Assembly: GCA_044226015.1 (NCBI GenBank)
Contig: JBGAHS010000004.1
Location: forward strand, 160,001-224,000
Length of the DNA stretch: 64,000 nucleotides
From: Candidatus Obscuribacteraceae bacterium
GTDB lineage: Bacteria > Cyanobacteriota > Vampirovibrionia > Obscuribacterales > Obscuribacteraceae
Direction of reading: 5' to 3'
The notes below the pieces were generated by a model. That model worked only from the letters and a program-made list of their open reading frames with translations. It was not told the origin of the DNA and searched no databases. Numbering within the stretch: the stretch's first letter is position 1; every line of letters begins with the position of its first letter. Positions 1 to 9,230 of this stretch are shown piece by piece. A program made the translations under genes and the position numbers.

Positions 1-823
1 ACCTGTCAGTTTGAGTCGGCTCAGTGGCTTCACTTGTCGCCGTGCCAGGAGGCTGCGCCGGAATTGATGTTGGACCGCCGCTAATGTTCAGTATTACCTG
101 CGGTGGCGTTGCGCCGCCCTGAGACGAAAGTGATTGCAATATTCTCAGGCTCATGAGGCTCGGGTTATTGTCGATAAGCTTAGCGGCGTTTGCTAATGAA
201 CGAAGAGCTGCATGCTCTCCTCTTGCCCGTTCAAGTGCAGCTTGCCCTTCTTTCTGGGCGCGCAACACATCTCCGAACATCTTCCTGATTTCTGCCGGTA
301 AAATCACATCTTTAACCTGTACTTGAAGCATCTCAACTCCAAATTCTTCAGTTTTGCCTTTTACCTGCTCAAGTAGTTTCTCTCCAAGTGAACTTCTTGC
401 CTGCAAAATCTCTTCTACTTTCAGTGCGGACATCACGTCTCTGAGTGCTATCTGGGTGAGTGCATAAACCTCTTGATACCATCCCTGACTCTTGTTGATG
501 GCTTTGTAAGCGTCAATTACCTGGTAGGAAATGAGCACTGAAAATTTGATGCCCACGTTATCAGCCGTGACGATTTCTTGACCGGCAAGCGTAGTTGTCG
601 TGCGGCGCACATCCACTACGGAAATGTATTCTGCCGGAGTCCAGAGCCAATATGAGCCAGAACCCAGAGTTTTGACATAGGTTCCTTTCTTGTACAATAG
701 TCCTTGCTGATATTCCCATACTGTTAGACGTTTGAATAACTTAGCTAACGAAGAAATTAGCGCCACGCCAGATATGGTGCCAACACTGATTGCGATGATG
801 GGAATAAGCGCGTTATGAGCCAT
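1..823 (-). CDS. SPFH/band-7 (slipin-type) family protein; 3' end runs off the window
   Basis: Not in the ORF track. Manual translation from ATG at 823 is open to position 1: N-terminal hydrophobic segment, then TVWEYQQGLLYKKG...VVDVRRTTTTLAGQEIVTADNVGIK...ALRDVMS...VQVKDVILPAEIRK...AALERARGEHAALRSLANAAKLIDNNPSLMSLRILQ, typical of slipin/stomatin-like proteins. Confidence 0.88.
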   Translation of the reverse strand, partial: MAHNALIPIIAISVGTISGVALISSLAKLFKRLTVWEYQQGLLYKKGTYVKTLGSGSYWLWTPAEYISVVDVRRTTTTLAGQEIVTADNVGIKFSVLISYQVIDAYKAINKSQGWYQEVYALTQIALRDVMSALKVEEILQARSSLGEKLLEQVKGKTEEFGVEMLQVQVKDVILPAEIRKMFGDVLRAQKEGQAALERARGEHAALRSLANAAKLIDNNPSLMSLRILQSLSSQGGATPPQVILNISGGPTSIPAQPPGTATSEATEPTQTDR

Positions 824-847
824 TGTTCTTTACCTTGAAAATTAAGT

Positions 848-1060
848 CCGGTTGCCTCTGATGCTCAATTCCGCAGCGGGAATTTTTCATTCGCATGGCC
901 TTGGATTTGTCGTGCTTTAGCACAGCTTCAGAAACAACCGGGTTTTTGGAGCGAGTTGAATTTCACAATTCAATTCGAAGGGCACCCGACTCGCGGAACA
1001 AAAAGAACTATGTTCAATTCGCCGCAGGCATTGCCTTCGTCTGCAGTAATTTTGTTCCAC
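848..1060 (-). ncRNA. Candidate structured RNA (cis-regulatory leader or sRNA) upstream of the slipin gene
   Basis: Several helices with G-U pairs that form only on the minus strand: 14-bp 941-928/861-848; 11-bp 1060-1050/1003-993; UUGAAUU-GUGA-AAUUCAA GNRA hairpin 973-956. Internal duplicated motif at 1027-1010 and 876-861. Confidence 0.6.
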
Positions 1061-1238
1061 TTATATAGAACTCAAAACCACGTTGTAAACAAAAAAACTC
1101 AGGAAAATCTTCTTTCTAAAATCTTGGTTTGAGATTGAACTCTTGGCATGATTTTTTCGTTTTAGAAATATGTTGAGTATTCAAGCCAGGTGATGTGCGC
1201 CTGGCGTCATTGTGCTGAATCCAGCCTGGAGGTTTATC

Positions 1239-1730
1239 ATGCCCAGCGCCGCTGCCCTTAGAGGTCAATTAAAATACAAGGTTCCTCAGATAAAGCTATG
1301 TCTTGTCCATGAGGGGCCCAAGCTGAAAGAATTGGTGTCAATAAGAACCCCGACCGATGCAGCTGCATTTTTTGACCCTCTTAAATTTGCGTCGGAAGAG
1401 CATTTTGTCAGTTTGCATCTAAATGCCAGGCACGAGGTAATCGGTGTTCACGAGGTATCACACGGGACGGTCTCCACTAGTCTTGTGCATCCAAGGGAAG
1501 TTTTCAAAGCGGCTCTTCTTGCCAATAGTTATGCGATCATTGTTTGTCATAACCACCCTTCAGGCTCGCGCTTGAGTGCAAGCCCTGAAGATATTGCAAC
1601 CACAGAGCAACTAGTGAAAGCATCGAATTTGCTTGGTGTCAGTCTGCTTGACCATTTGATAATAAGTAGAAACGAATCCGCGTTCAGTATTCGAGAAAAC
1701 CATCCCTACCTCTGGGGCGAAAAAAATTGA
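1239..1730 (+). CDS. RadC-like JAB/MPN-domain protein (stand-alone JAB domain)
   Basis: EHFVSLHLN...GTVSTSLVHPREVFKAALLANS...HNHPSG...SPEDIATT...LLDHLII; ATG at 1239 preceded by GGAGG. Confidence 0.9.
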   Translation: MPSAAALRGQLKYKVPQIKLCLVHEGPKLKELVSIRTPTDAAAFFDPLKFASEEHFVSLHLNARHEVIGVHEVSHGTVSTSLVHPREVFKAALLANSYAIIVCHNHPSGSRLSASPEDIATTEQLVKASNLLGVSLLDHLIISRNESAFSIRENHPYLWGEKN

Positions 1731-1850
1731 GCTCGTCAAAAGTAGTAGCGTGCCTACTACCTTCTTGTTTGCGTCTTTTGAATAGGCATAATTTTGTTTG
1801 GAGCAGTTGGTAGGGATATAAATCACTGAATGTCCCGTTTTTCCTTGTCT

Positions 1851-1880
1851 TTCCTTTCCTTTCCTTTCCTTTCCTTTCCT
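1851..1880. repeat. (TTCCT)6 simple repeat
   Basis: Read directly from the intergenic sequence. Confidence 0.85.
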
Positions 1881-1925
1881 TTGCTTCTCAGAAGCCTTTT
1901 ACTGGCAGGAGCTTAACCAGAAAAG

Positions 1926-1956
1926 GAAATCCCCAGCCTGACAAGCTGGGGATTTC
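1926..1956. terminator. Probable bidirectional intrinsic terminator between convergent radC-like and MATE genes
   Basis: GAAATCCCCAGC-ctgacaa-GCTGGGGATTTC, 12-bp inverted repeat. Confidence 0.7.
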
Positions 1957-2026
1957 TGGAATCTGGACTCTCTATGATTTGCGTTTCTGATCTAATGAAC
2001 TTTATTCGTATAACGTATTGTGTTCG

Positions 2027-3427
2027 TTAGACTTCTTGCGTCTTCCAGCTGCCGTGCTTGAACTGCCAGATAAGGGACAGTCCCACTAGAAGAGAACTGC
2101 ATGCAAGACTTATCCACGTACCGAGCGGACCCATGCCTAGTGAAATCGTTAGATACCAGGCTAACGGCAATCTGATTCCAACCAGTGCAATACATGTAGC
2201 GACCATTGGCCATTTCGTGTATCCAGCACCTTGGGTAGCTCCGGCAAGTATGAGCCATGCAGCAACGAAAGGTTGCGATAGACCAACAATGCGCAGATAT
2301 TCTGAAGAGTATTTGATGACTAATGCATCTTTGCTCATCAAAGAAGCAATCTGTTCAGCTAATGCGAAAAGAATGATTCCCACTATCAGATTGTAACCGC
2401 CACCAATTGCGGTGACTTTCCATCCGGCGATTTCTGCACGTTTGGTCTGTTTGGCACCGAGATTTTGTCCAATCAAGGTTGCAGCTGCTGCGCTGAGTGC
2501 ATAGATTGGCATGCCGCCGAAGGTTTCTTCGAGGCGCAATCCAATTGCCCATGCGGCTTCGCATGCCGTCGGATTTACTGTTCTTGCAAGAATGTATAGT
2601 AGAACGAAGTTTCCACCAACCCATGCAAGGTCTTGAACGCAGGCCGGAATACCAATTTTCATGATTCTGATGAACCATTCTTTTGATATGCCGGGACCAT
2701 TAATTGCCATGCAAGCTTTGAGTGGCGACTTCGTTTGCAAGTAGAGCGACAAAGCTACACCCAATACGCTGGCAATAGTCCACGACATGCCCAAGCCGGA
2801 GATTCCCAAATGGAATGGGTTCAAGCACAAAACTATGTTGAGTGCTACTACCATTGCCACCACGAGAACCATGGTCAACATCGGCAGAATTGTGTTTCCT
2901 CTAGCTCTGAATATAGAGTTTGATACCCAGTGCATTGTGATTGGAATTTGTCCAATCATATCGAACTTGAGAAAATCCCATCCGAGCTGTTCTACTTCTG
3001 GACTTGCTCCAAGCATGCGTAATAGTGGGCGACAAATAAGCAGCCCGAGCACGCAGGAGAAAATACCGAAAAATACTGAAAACATTAGAGATTGCCGCGC
3101 AGCCATAACCGCATTTTCCATGTCATTCGCACCCCAAAAACGGGCGACGAGTGCATTGGTTCCTGCGGAAAGTGCCACGACAAGGATGATCATGAAAAAC
3201 CAGATCTGTCCGCCAAGTCCTATCGCTGCTTGAGCGGCAGAACCAAGCTGTCCGCCGACCCAGAGTTCAGACATTGTCGCAACGGCAATGATCATCATGT
3301 TCAGATAGAGAGGCCAGGATAAATTCCAGATGGCACGCCAGAGGTTGCCGCTGACGATTAGCTCATCATCCGGGGTTCTCTCTATGCCGTCCTTTTTTAT
3401 TTCCTGTTCTGTAATTGTAGATCCCAT
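2027..3427 (-). CDS. MATE family efflux transporter
   Basis: About 12 hydrophobic segments; LSWP, VGGQLGSAAQAAIG, LVARFWGA, IFRARGNT, IGQNLGAK, QGAGYT motifs. Likely start at ATG 3427. Confidence 0.92.
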   Translation of the reverse strand: MGSTITEQEIKKDGIERTPDDELIVSGNLWRAIWNLSWPLYLNMMIIAVATMSELWVGGQLGSAAQAAIGLGGQIWFFMIILVVALSAGTNALVARFWGANDMENAVMAARQSLMFSVFFGIFSCVLGLLICRPLLRMLGASPEVEQLGWDFLKFDMIGQIPITMHWVSNSIFRARGNTILPMLTMVLVVAMVVALNIVLCLNPFHLGISGLGMSWTIASVLGVALSLYLQTKSPLKACMAINGPGISKEWFIRIMKIGIPACVQDLAWVGGNFVLLYILARTVNPTACEAAWAIGLRLEETFGGMPIYALSAAAATLIGQNLGAKQTKRAEIAGWKVTAIGGGYNLIVGIILFALAEQIASLMSKDALVIKYSSEYLRIVGLSQPFVAAWLILAGATQGAGYTKWPMVATCIALVGIRLPLAWYLTISLGMGPLGTWISLACSSLLVGLSLIWQFKHGSWKTQEV

Positions 3428-4260
3428 AATCAATCCCTCACCGAATCTATCTGCAATCTGCACAGAAAAATGTGCAAACGAAAACACCCACAGCACTTGC
3501 TGGATCCTGTCGGACCTGGCAATTCTGTCGGCGGTGTACTTATAGATTCATGTGACCATCATAACTGCTTTTATTGTTTTGGTATAGTCCCTTTTGCATA
3601 ATGTATGCAATTAAGTTTACACACGTCGATCTCCAAATCGCAGTACAGGGGCTAGCCCTGGGTGCCAGGCGCGGCGGCTGTGCGTGGGAGTTCTACGAAA
3701 ACAATTTTCAAAACGAGTTAGCAACTGAACGTTTTTGACAGAAGCGATTCATCAAAGGTCAGCGTGCAATCGCCTATCACAGTAAGTTGGCGCGAAACAA
3801 TTGCACCATTAAAGGAGATGTTTCCCCGAAGTGAAACATGCGCATTTGGAGCATATATCACGCCGTAAAAAGTATCGCGAATAACAATTTTCCGATAAGG
3901 AAAATTGCAGTATTAAATACGGTGGCAATTCTGTTTTACGCACTTATTTCAATTCAACTGTTCGCGTTCGATAAGATTTCTGCTTGAAGAGCTAATCGAT
4001 TCCAGGATAATTAACAGGCTAATCCAGTTTTGTATTCTGTTTCTCAATTTCTTCGGGCTTAGCTTCCATTATATTTTGTCGCTCGAATTTATGTGTGAGG
4101 GATATCTTGTCGGAGGGGCTTGCTGTATAAAATCCCGGAACCTTTGCCTGTTGGGAGTCGGACTTGCTAATTCATTTGGGAATTGTGGTAGGATCAAGTC
4201 GAAATTTCCAGGTAGGATTTGGTTTTGACCTCAGCAAGAAACACCAATGGAGCAATCAGC

Positions 4261-5412
4261 ATGAAATCAGCAAACCTCGACCAGATTTGGTCGTGTTTGC
4301 AGCGCTGTTTGCATTTTGAAGAACCTTCGAGCCGCTGGACCAAGCTTGTCGCCCAAGTTTCTCGCCACTCGAACGGTAAGGCTAAAGAGTTGAGCCGGGC
4401 GTCTCTTTCAGAGCAAGAGTCGGCTTTCATGAAGGTCTTTGGTACTCCTGAGGATATCATCGATAACACTGTTCGAATGTTCAATTTAGTTCTTTCAATG
4501 CAAGACCTTTCACATTTTGAAGCAGCTGATTTCGACCTCTGGTTTTTATCGGGAGAACACGGTTCTTCTTATGATGAACTACCTGAGGTGTTTGAGGCTA
4601 TCGCCCAGGATCTGTTGCAGGGCGATTTTGTGTTGGCTCAAACAGCAAGTTTGAAGCACGCCTGGGATGTTGTTCCGTATTGGAGAGTTCTCGAGTCTTT
4701 TGGTCCCTGGTCTGATGACCCGCTTGCAGCGTTTGTTTCAAGAGTTCTTGCGAAGTTTGATCGAATGGACATGAGTCTCAATCTTGCAGCTGTTAAAAAC
4801 GCTCAAAAGGAATTCTTACAGACTCTCGGCAACATGCGCACGAGTCTGCCGAGTAATTTCCAGCCATCTCTTATAGTTCTTGTTGAGGGCAACACTGAAT
4901 CTATTCTTCTTTCGCGCTTTCTTTCTTTATCAAAGAACAAAACCGCAGACCAGGTAGTGCTTTTTAATGCTTGCGGTGGTGCAAATCAGCTTTTGAGAAA
5001 GTACCTTCAACTTCGCGATGTGTGCAGGTTGCCCATAATTTGTGTTATGGATCAGGATGCCATTGAACAAACCGCGACTATTGAAGATGTTTTGCGTGAT
5101 GGTGATCAGGTTCACATCTGGAAGTCCGGCGAAATTGAAGACACGTTCTCTGTAGAGTCTCTTTTTGATAGTCTGAATGCTTATCTAATGAGTCTTGGTG
5201 TCGCGGAACTTTTGCGCGCCGAAGACTTGTATTCTGATTTGCGTAGGACTGAACTTTTGGATAAGCTTTGGCGTGACAGAGGGCTTGGTGATTTTGACAA
5301 GGTTGGTTTTGCTGAATTTCAAGTAAAGAGATTGAGGCACGCAAATGATATTCCTGCCGAAGGGCAGCAATTGATGCGCAGCATCATGCTTTTGTCCAGT
5401 AAAAATGAGTGA
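4261..5412 (+). CDS. OLD-family-like TOPRIM domain protein with a non-ATPase N-terminus
   Basis: C-terminal IVLVEGNTE...CGGANQL...ICVMDQDA...GEIEDTF...FDKVGFA motifs; no Walker A in the N-terminal half. Confidence 0.7.
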   Translation: MKSANLDQIWSCLQRCLHFEEPSSRWTKLVAQVSRHSNGKAKELSRASLSEQESAFMKVFGTPEDIIDNTVRMFNLVLSMQDLSHFEAADFDLWFLSGEHGSSYDELPEVFEAIAQDLLQGDFVLAQTASLKHAWDVVPYWRVLESFGPWSDDPLAAFVSRVLAKFDRMDMSLNLAAVKNAQKEFLQTLGNMRTSLPSNFQPSLIVLVEGNTESILLSRFLSLSKNKTADQVVLFNACGGANQLLRKYLQLRDVCRLPIICVMDQDAIEQTATIEDVLRDGDQVHIWKSGEIEDTFSVESLFDSLNAYLMSLGVAELLRAEDLYSDLRRTELLDKLWRDRGLGDFDKVGFAEFQVKRLRHANDIPAEGQQLMRSIMLLSSKNE

Positions 5413-5863
5413 CGAGAAATCGAGTATCGATGCAGCTGATGGTGGAATTCAATCTGCCAGAAACGCGAAGTCGAAACGCAAGAAGATCGCAAGTATAGTG
5501 GCCTGCGGACTCTGGGTTTTAAGCATTGCTTTGAGCTTTGCCATTCCGCCAAGTTCTAGTTTCATTTGGATTCCAGACGCCGTTTTACTCATGGGTTTCT
5601 TTCCACTTTTGTGGATTTGCCCATTTAGCATTCTCTGGATGCTCTGGGGCGTGTTGACTGCTTTCATTGGATGCTTCTTACTTCTCTTGACGAACATTCC
5701 AGACAATGCTTTGCCTCCCGACACACACACCATTAAGCATCATCTGGCGGAGTACCATCCTTATTGGTCATGGATGATTTTAGGATTGATTGGCACCATA
5801 ATCGGTGTCATTCGTGCGTTGATTAATCTTGGAAAAATGCTTACGAAAAAGAAGCAAGCTTAA
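5405..5863 (+). CDS. Small integral membrane protein (about 4 TM)
   Basis: Four hydrophobic stretches; overlaps the upstream gene by 8 nt. Confidence 0.75.
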   Translation: MSDEKSSIDAADGGIQSARNAKSKRKKIASIVACGLWVLSIALSFAIPPSSSFIWIPDAVLLMGFFPLLWICPFSILWMLWGVLTAFIGCFLLLLTNIPDNALPPDTHTIKHHLAEYHPYWSWMILGLIGTIIGVIRALINLGKMLTKKKQA

Positions 5864-5931
5864 GTCGCGCGTGGTCAATTTAACTGCAGCAAACTTAAGC
5901 AGCAGCAGTGAAATATTCAGAGTTCTGTGCG

Positions 5932-7374
5932 TTAGCCGCCGCAACTAGAACCAGCACCAGCACCAGCACCAGCAGTCTCGCGCTCGACTGGAAGCGACTC
6001 TTCAATCCATGCATTGATTCCGCCTGTGAGGTCAGACAAATTTGTCCATCCATTGGCAGCGAGAATACTTGCTGCAATCATAGAGCGGTAGCCGCCAAGA
6101 CAGTGCACAACTAACGTGGTGTTTTTTGGCACCTCATTTAGCCGCGTGCTGAGCTGATTTAGAGGAATGTTTTGTGTTCCGGCGATGTGCTTGTCTTTGT
6201 ATTCGTTCTCGGTTCTAACGTCAAGAACGTGTGGTGCAGAGTCTGATTTCAACTGCTTAAGCAAATCGTGTGCCGTCAGCCTTGGAAGTTGTTCTACGAT
6301 TTCTGGACGGAATAAAAATGTGGGAGGTCCACCATCGAGGTAGCCAACTACATTGTCATATCCGATTCTTCCTAGACGAAGAACCGCTTCTTCTTCTTTC
6401 CCATCATTGGAGATAATGACGATTGGAATCTTATGGTCGAGAACAGTTCCAGCCCAGGAAGCGTAGTTACCGCTCAATCCTATGTTAATGCTGCCCTTGA
6501 GGTGACCTTTAGAAAATTCGCTTGGTCCTCGTGTGTCGAGAATTTGTGCGCCTTCCTTTTGCATTTTGCAGACTTGTTCAATATCCAGCGGTTTTATCGC
6601 TTCGGGAAGATGGTCGTGCAGCATTTTCCTTTCTTGCTTATTCAAAGTCGCATTCATCGCGAAGTACCTTGGTGTCTCCGGTTGGTCGCTACAAATGGAT
6701 TTTACGAACTCATTCTTGTCGGAAATCTTCAGAGCGTAATTAAATTGCTTTTGTTGTCCTATGGTAGAGAATGATTCTTTACCGAGGTTCTTGCCGCACA
6801 TAGAACCAGCACCGTGCGCAGGGTATACCAATGTTTCATCAGGCAAGGTCATCAGCTTGTTATGCAGTGAGTCATACAGATGTGCTGCTAATTCTTCGGC
6901 GCTTATGCCAACTGACGCCAGAAGGTCAGGTCTTCCTACATCGCCCACAAACAGCGTGTCGCCGGTTAGCACTGCCCATGGTGCGTTTGCATTTGATTCT
7001 TTGTTAAAGACCAAGATTGATATGCCTTCTGGAGTGTGTCCTGGCGTTTCAAGTACCTGGAGGTACACTTGAGGACCCAGTTCAAGCTTCTCGCCTTCTT
7101 TGCAGGCATCAAACTCGTATTCAGCAGCTGCAGTTTTGCCCAAAACAATTTTCGCTCCGAGGCGCTGACGCAATTCCAGATGCCCTGCAAGAAAGTCTGC
7201 ATGAAAGTGGGTCAGCAAAACGTATTTGATCGTTAATCCCTGTGCTTCCGCTTCGCTGATGTAAGCATCGATATCGCGCTGCGGGTCAACAACGGCAGCC
7301 ACTTTGCTGGTTTCATCAGCTATTAGGTACGACGCATGCGCAAGACAACCGAGATAGAACTGTTTGAAATACAT
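5932..7374 (-). CDS. MBL-fold persulfide dioxygenase-like protein fused to two rhodanese domains
   Basis: THFHADFLAGH, TPGHTPE, TGDTLFVGDVGRPDL, YPAHGAGSMCGK; C-terminal rhodanese HCLGGYRS. Confidence 0.92.
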   Translation of the reverse strand: MYFKQFYLGCLAHASYLIADETSKVAAVVDPQRDIDAYISEAEAQGLTIKYVLLTHFHADFLAGHLELRQRLGAKIVLGKTAAAEYEFDACKEGEKLELGPQVYLQVLETPGHTPEGISILVFNKESNANAPWAVLTGDTLFVGDVGRPDLLASVGISAEELAAHLYDSLHNKLMTLPDETLVYPAHGAGSMCGKNLGKESFSTIGQQKQFNYALKISDKNEFVKSICSDQPETPRYFAMNATLNKQERKMLHDHLPEAIKPLDIEQVCKMQKEGAQILDTRGPSEFSKGHLKGSINIGLSGNYASWAGTVLDHKIPIVIISNDGKEEEAVLRLGRIGYDNVVGYLDGGPPTFLFRPEIVEQLPRLTAHDLLKQLKSDSAPHVLDVRTENEYKDKHIAGTQNIPLNQLSTRLNEVPKNTTLVVHCLGGYRSMIAASILAANGWTNLSDLTGGINAWIEESLPVERETAGAGAGAGSSCGG

Positions 7375-7501
7375 TGACTTTCTCCTTGGAAAGCAGCGAG
7401 AGCCTTTTCACATCCTAATACATCTTTTCGAGACTGCCTTCCGTATTAAGACGAACTTTTGATTCCTGATGCTGTCAGTGGCAAGACCAATACTGCAAGC
7501 C

Positions 7502-7531
7502 AAACAAAAACGGCTTCCCAGGGGAAGCCGT
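7502..7531 (-). terminator. Intrinsic terminator after the rpe operon
   Basis: ACGGCTTCC/GGAAGCCGT stem; A-run on plus gives a U-tail on minus. Confidence 0.7.
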
Positions 7532-7553
7532 CTCTAGATCTATAATTTACCAA

Positions 7554-8168
7554 TTAGAAGTTCTTGTCTAATTTCATGGACTCTTCGTCCTTGTCCTTGA
7601 CGGCTACTTTCTTGGCTGATTTGGCACCACCAATTACGACGGGCTTCGAGCCATCTTCCGGCAAAAGCACTCGCGCAAGGTATTTGTGGGGGCGTTCGAA
7701 CATTCTGGGTGGAGAGCCGGTCAGCTGAACCAGGTGTCCACCAGCTTGCATCTTTTGATCTGGAAAGTCTGCTTTCTGGAATATAAATAGCCATTGTTTT
7801 ACAACGAAGTTGTAAAATCTGGGGTCGCGTTGCCTCACTGGCGTGGTCATAAGCTTCTTCTCTAGAGCTTCGGCGTAGAGAAGGCGTTTGTCGGAGTCAA
7901 GTGGTGCAAGTTCAATCGCGCGTTGCAACGCTACAATTGCCCGGTCAATTTGACCCATTCTCATTGAGCTTTCGCCTTCAAGTTGAAGAGCACTCGCAGT
8001 AGGGACGCCCATTTCGAGAATCTGATCATTTCTGATAATACCGTTTCTCGACTTTCCGATTTCTGAAGTGTCCATAATCCAGGCATCTGAGCCGTCCTGC
8101 GCCAACGCAGCTGAACCGGGCATCATAAGCAGCATCGACAAACCTAGAATTGATTTTTTGCTGAACAC
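7554..8168 (-). CDS. Exported TPR-like hypothetical protein
   Basis: Signal-peptide-like N-terminus (ALA-QD); TPR-like MGQIDRAIVALQRAIELAP. Confidence 0.7.
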   Translation of the reverse strand: MFSKKSILGLSMLLMMPGSAALAQDGSDAWIMDTSEIGKSRNGIIRNDQILEMGVPTASALQLEGESSMRMGQIDRAIVALQRAIELAPLDSDKRLLYAEALEKKLMTTPVRQRDPRFYNFVVKQWLFIFQKADFPDQKMQAGGHLVQLTGSPPRMFERPHKYLARVLLPEDGSKPVVIGGAKSAKKVAVKDKDEESMKLDKNF

Positions 8169-8194
8169 GATTGAACTCCTTTGAGATTGGCCGC

Positions 8195-8875
8195 CTAAGC
8201 GGCGCCAGCTTTGTTGTCGGCAGCAGCTCCATGCAGAGCACGAATCGCTGCTGGGACATCATTTGACCCGTAAACACTGTTGCCAGCGACTACCATGCAG
8301 GCGCCAGCTTCTGAAACTTTCCTTGCTGTCTCGACGTTAATGCCGCCGTCAACTGAAATGATTACATCCTTGCGCCCGATTTCATCGAACATGGCGCGAA
8401 TACGTTTGATTTTCGGCAAAACTTCTGGAATGAACTTCTGACCGCCAAAACCTGGGTTTACCGACATCACAAGCACGAGATCGATGTCCTGAAGTACATA
8501 CCTGATGTGGTCTTCAGGCGTGCCTGGGTTGAGAGCGACTCCAGCTTTCATTCCGAGTCGGCGAATCTCAGCAAGGGTTCGTTGCAGGTGGATGCATGCT
8601 TCTTGATGCACTGTGAGATAGTTTGAGCCTGCTCTAGCAAAGTCCTCGAGATAACGGTCTGGATGCTCAATCATCAGATGTACGTCGAGGTCCAGATGCG
8701 TATTCTTCCTCAATGCCTTCACCACGGGCGCTCCGATCGTCAGATTTGGAACGAAGTGACCATCCATAACATCGACATGCAGAACGTCGGCGCCGCCGTC
8801 CTCTGCTTTCTTTATATCTACAGCGAGGTTTGCGAAGTCTGCTGACAGAATTGATGGTGCAACTTTCAAGGGCAT
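8195..8875 (-). CDS. rpe: Ribulose-phosphate 3-epimerase
   Basis: APSILSADF, HVDVMDGHFVPN, DVHLMI, MSVNPGFGGQKF, VDGGIN. Confidence 0.97.
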   Translation of the reverse strand: MPLKVAPSILSADFANLAVDIKKAEDGGADVLHVDVMDGHFVPNLTIGAPVVKALRKNTHLDLDVHLMIEHPDRYLEDFARAGSNYLTVHQEACIHLQRTLAEIRRLGMKAGVALNPGTPEDHIRYVLQDIDLVLVMSVNPGFGGQKFIPEVLPKIKRIRAMFDEIGRKDVIISVDGGINVETARKVSEAGACMVVAGNSVYGSNDVPAAIRALHGAAADNKAGAA

Positions 8876-9230
8876 TTTAATTTCCTTTCCGCACTATGAT
8901 GACGAGACTTTCCTGCCACGTCAAGAAGCGCTCGTTCAAGTGTAACCTGACAAGCCCGAACTTGTTTGTGAGTGAGAATTTAGTTGGCTGTGTGCAATTC
9001 TGACTTGAGCCCTGACTTCGTTTTCTCGCTTGAGTTTCGAGCCGCGCTTAGCCGTATTTTTTTGCTCTGAAATTTATGTAAGGCGAGACAGAGCAAAACA
9101 ATCGCCGTTCTCTTGGCAAGTCTTCGCTAAGCGCTTATTCATCTAGGGCGGCAGTCTGATCTCTTCGTCCTGCTAAAATAGTACCTCTAAACGGTTACCG
9201 CTTGGTTCGCCCATCAAGCTTGAGGAAGAC

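Noticed and set aside
3500..4200. 700-nt non-coding gap with a small GC hairpin near 3646-3660
   Set aside because: No convincing extended structure, repeat or ORF; probably a divergent promoter region.
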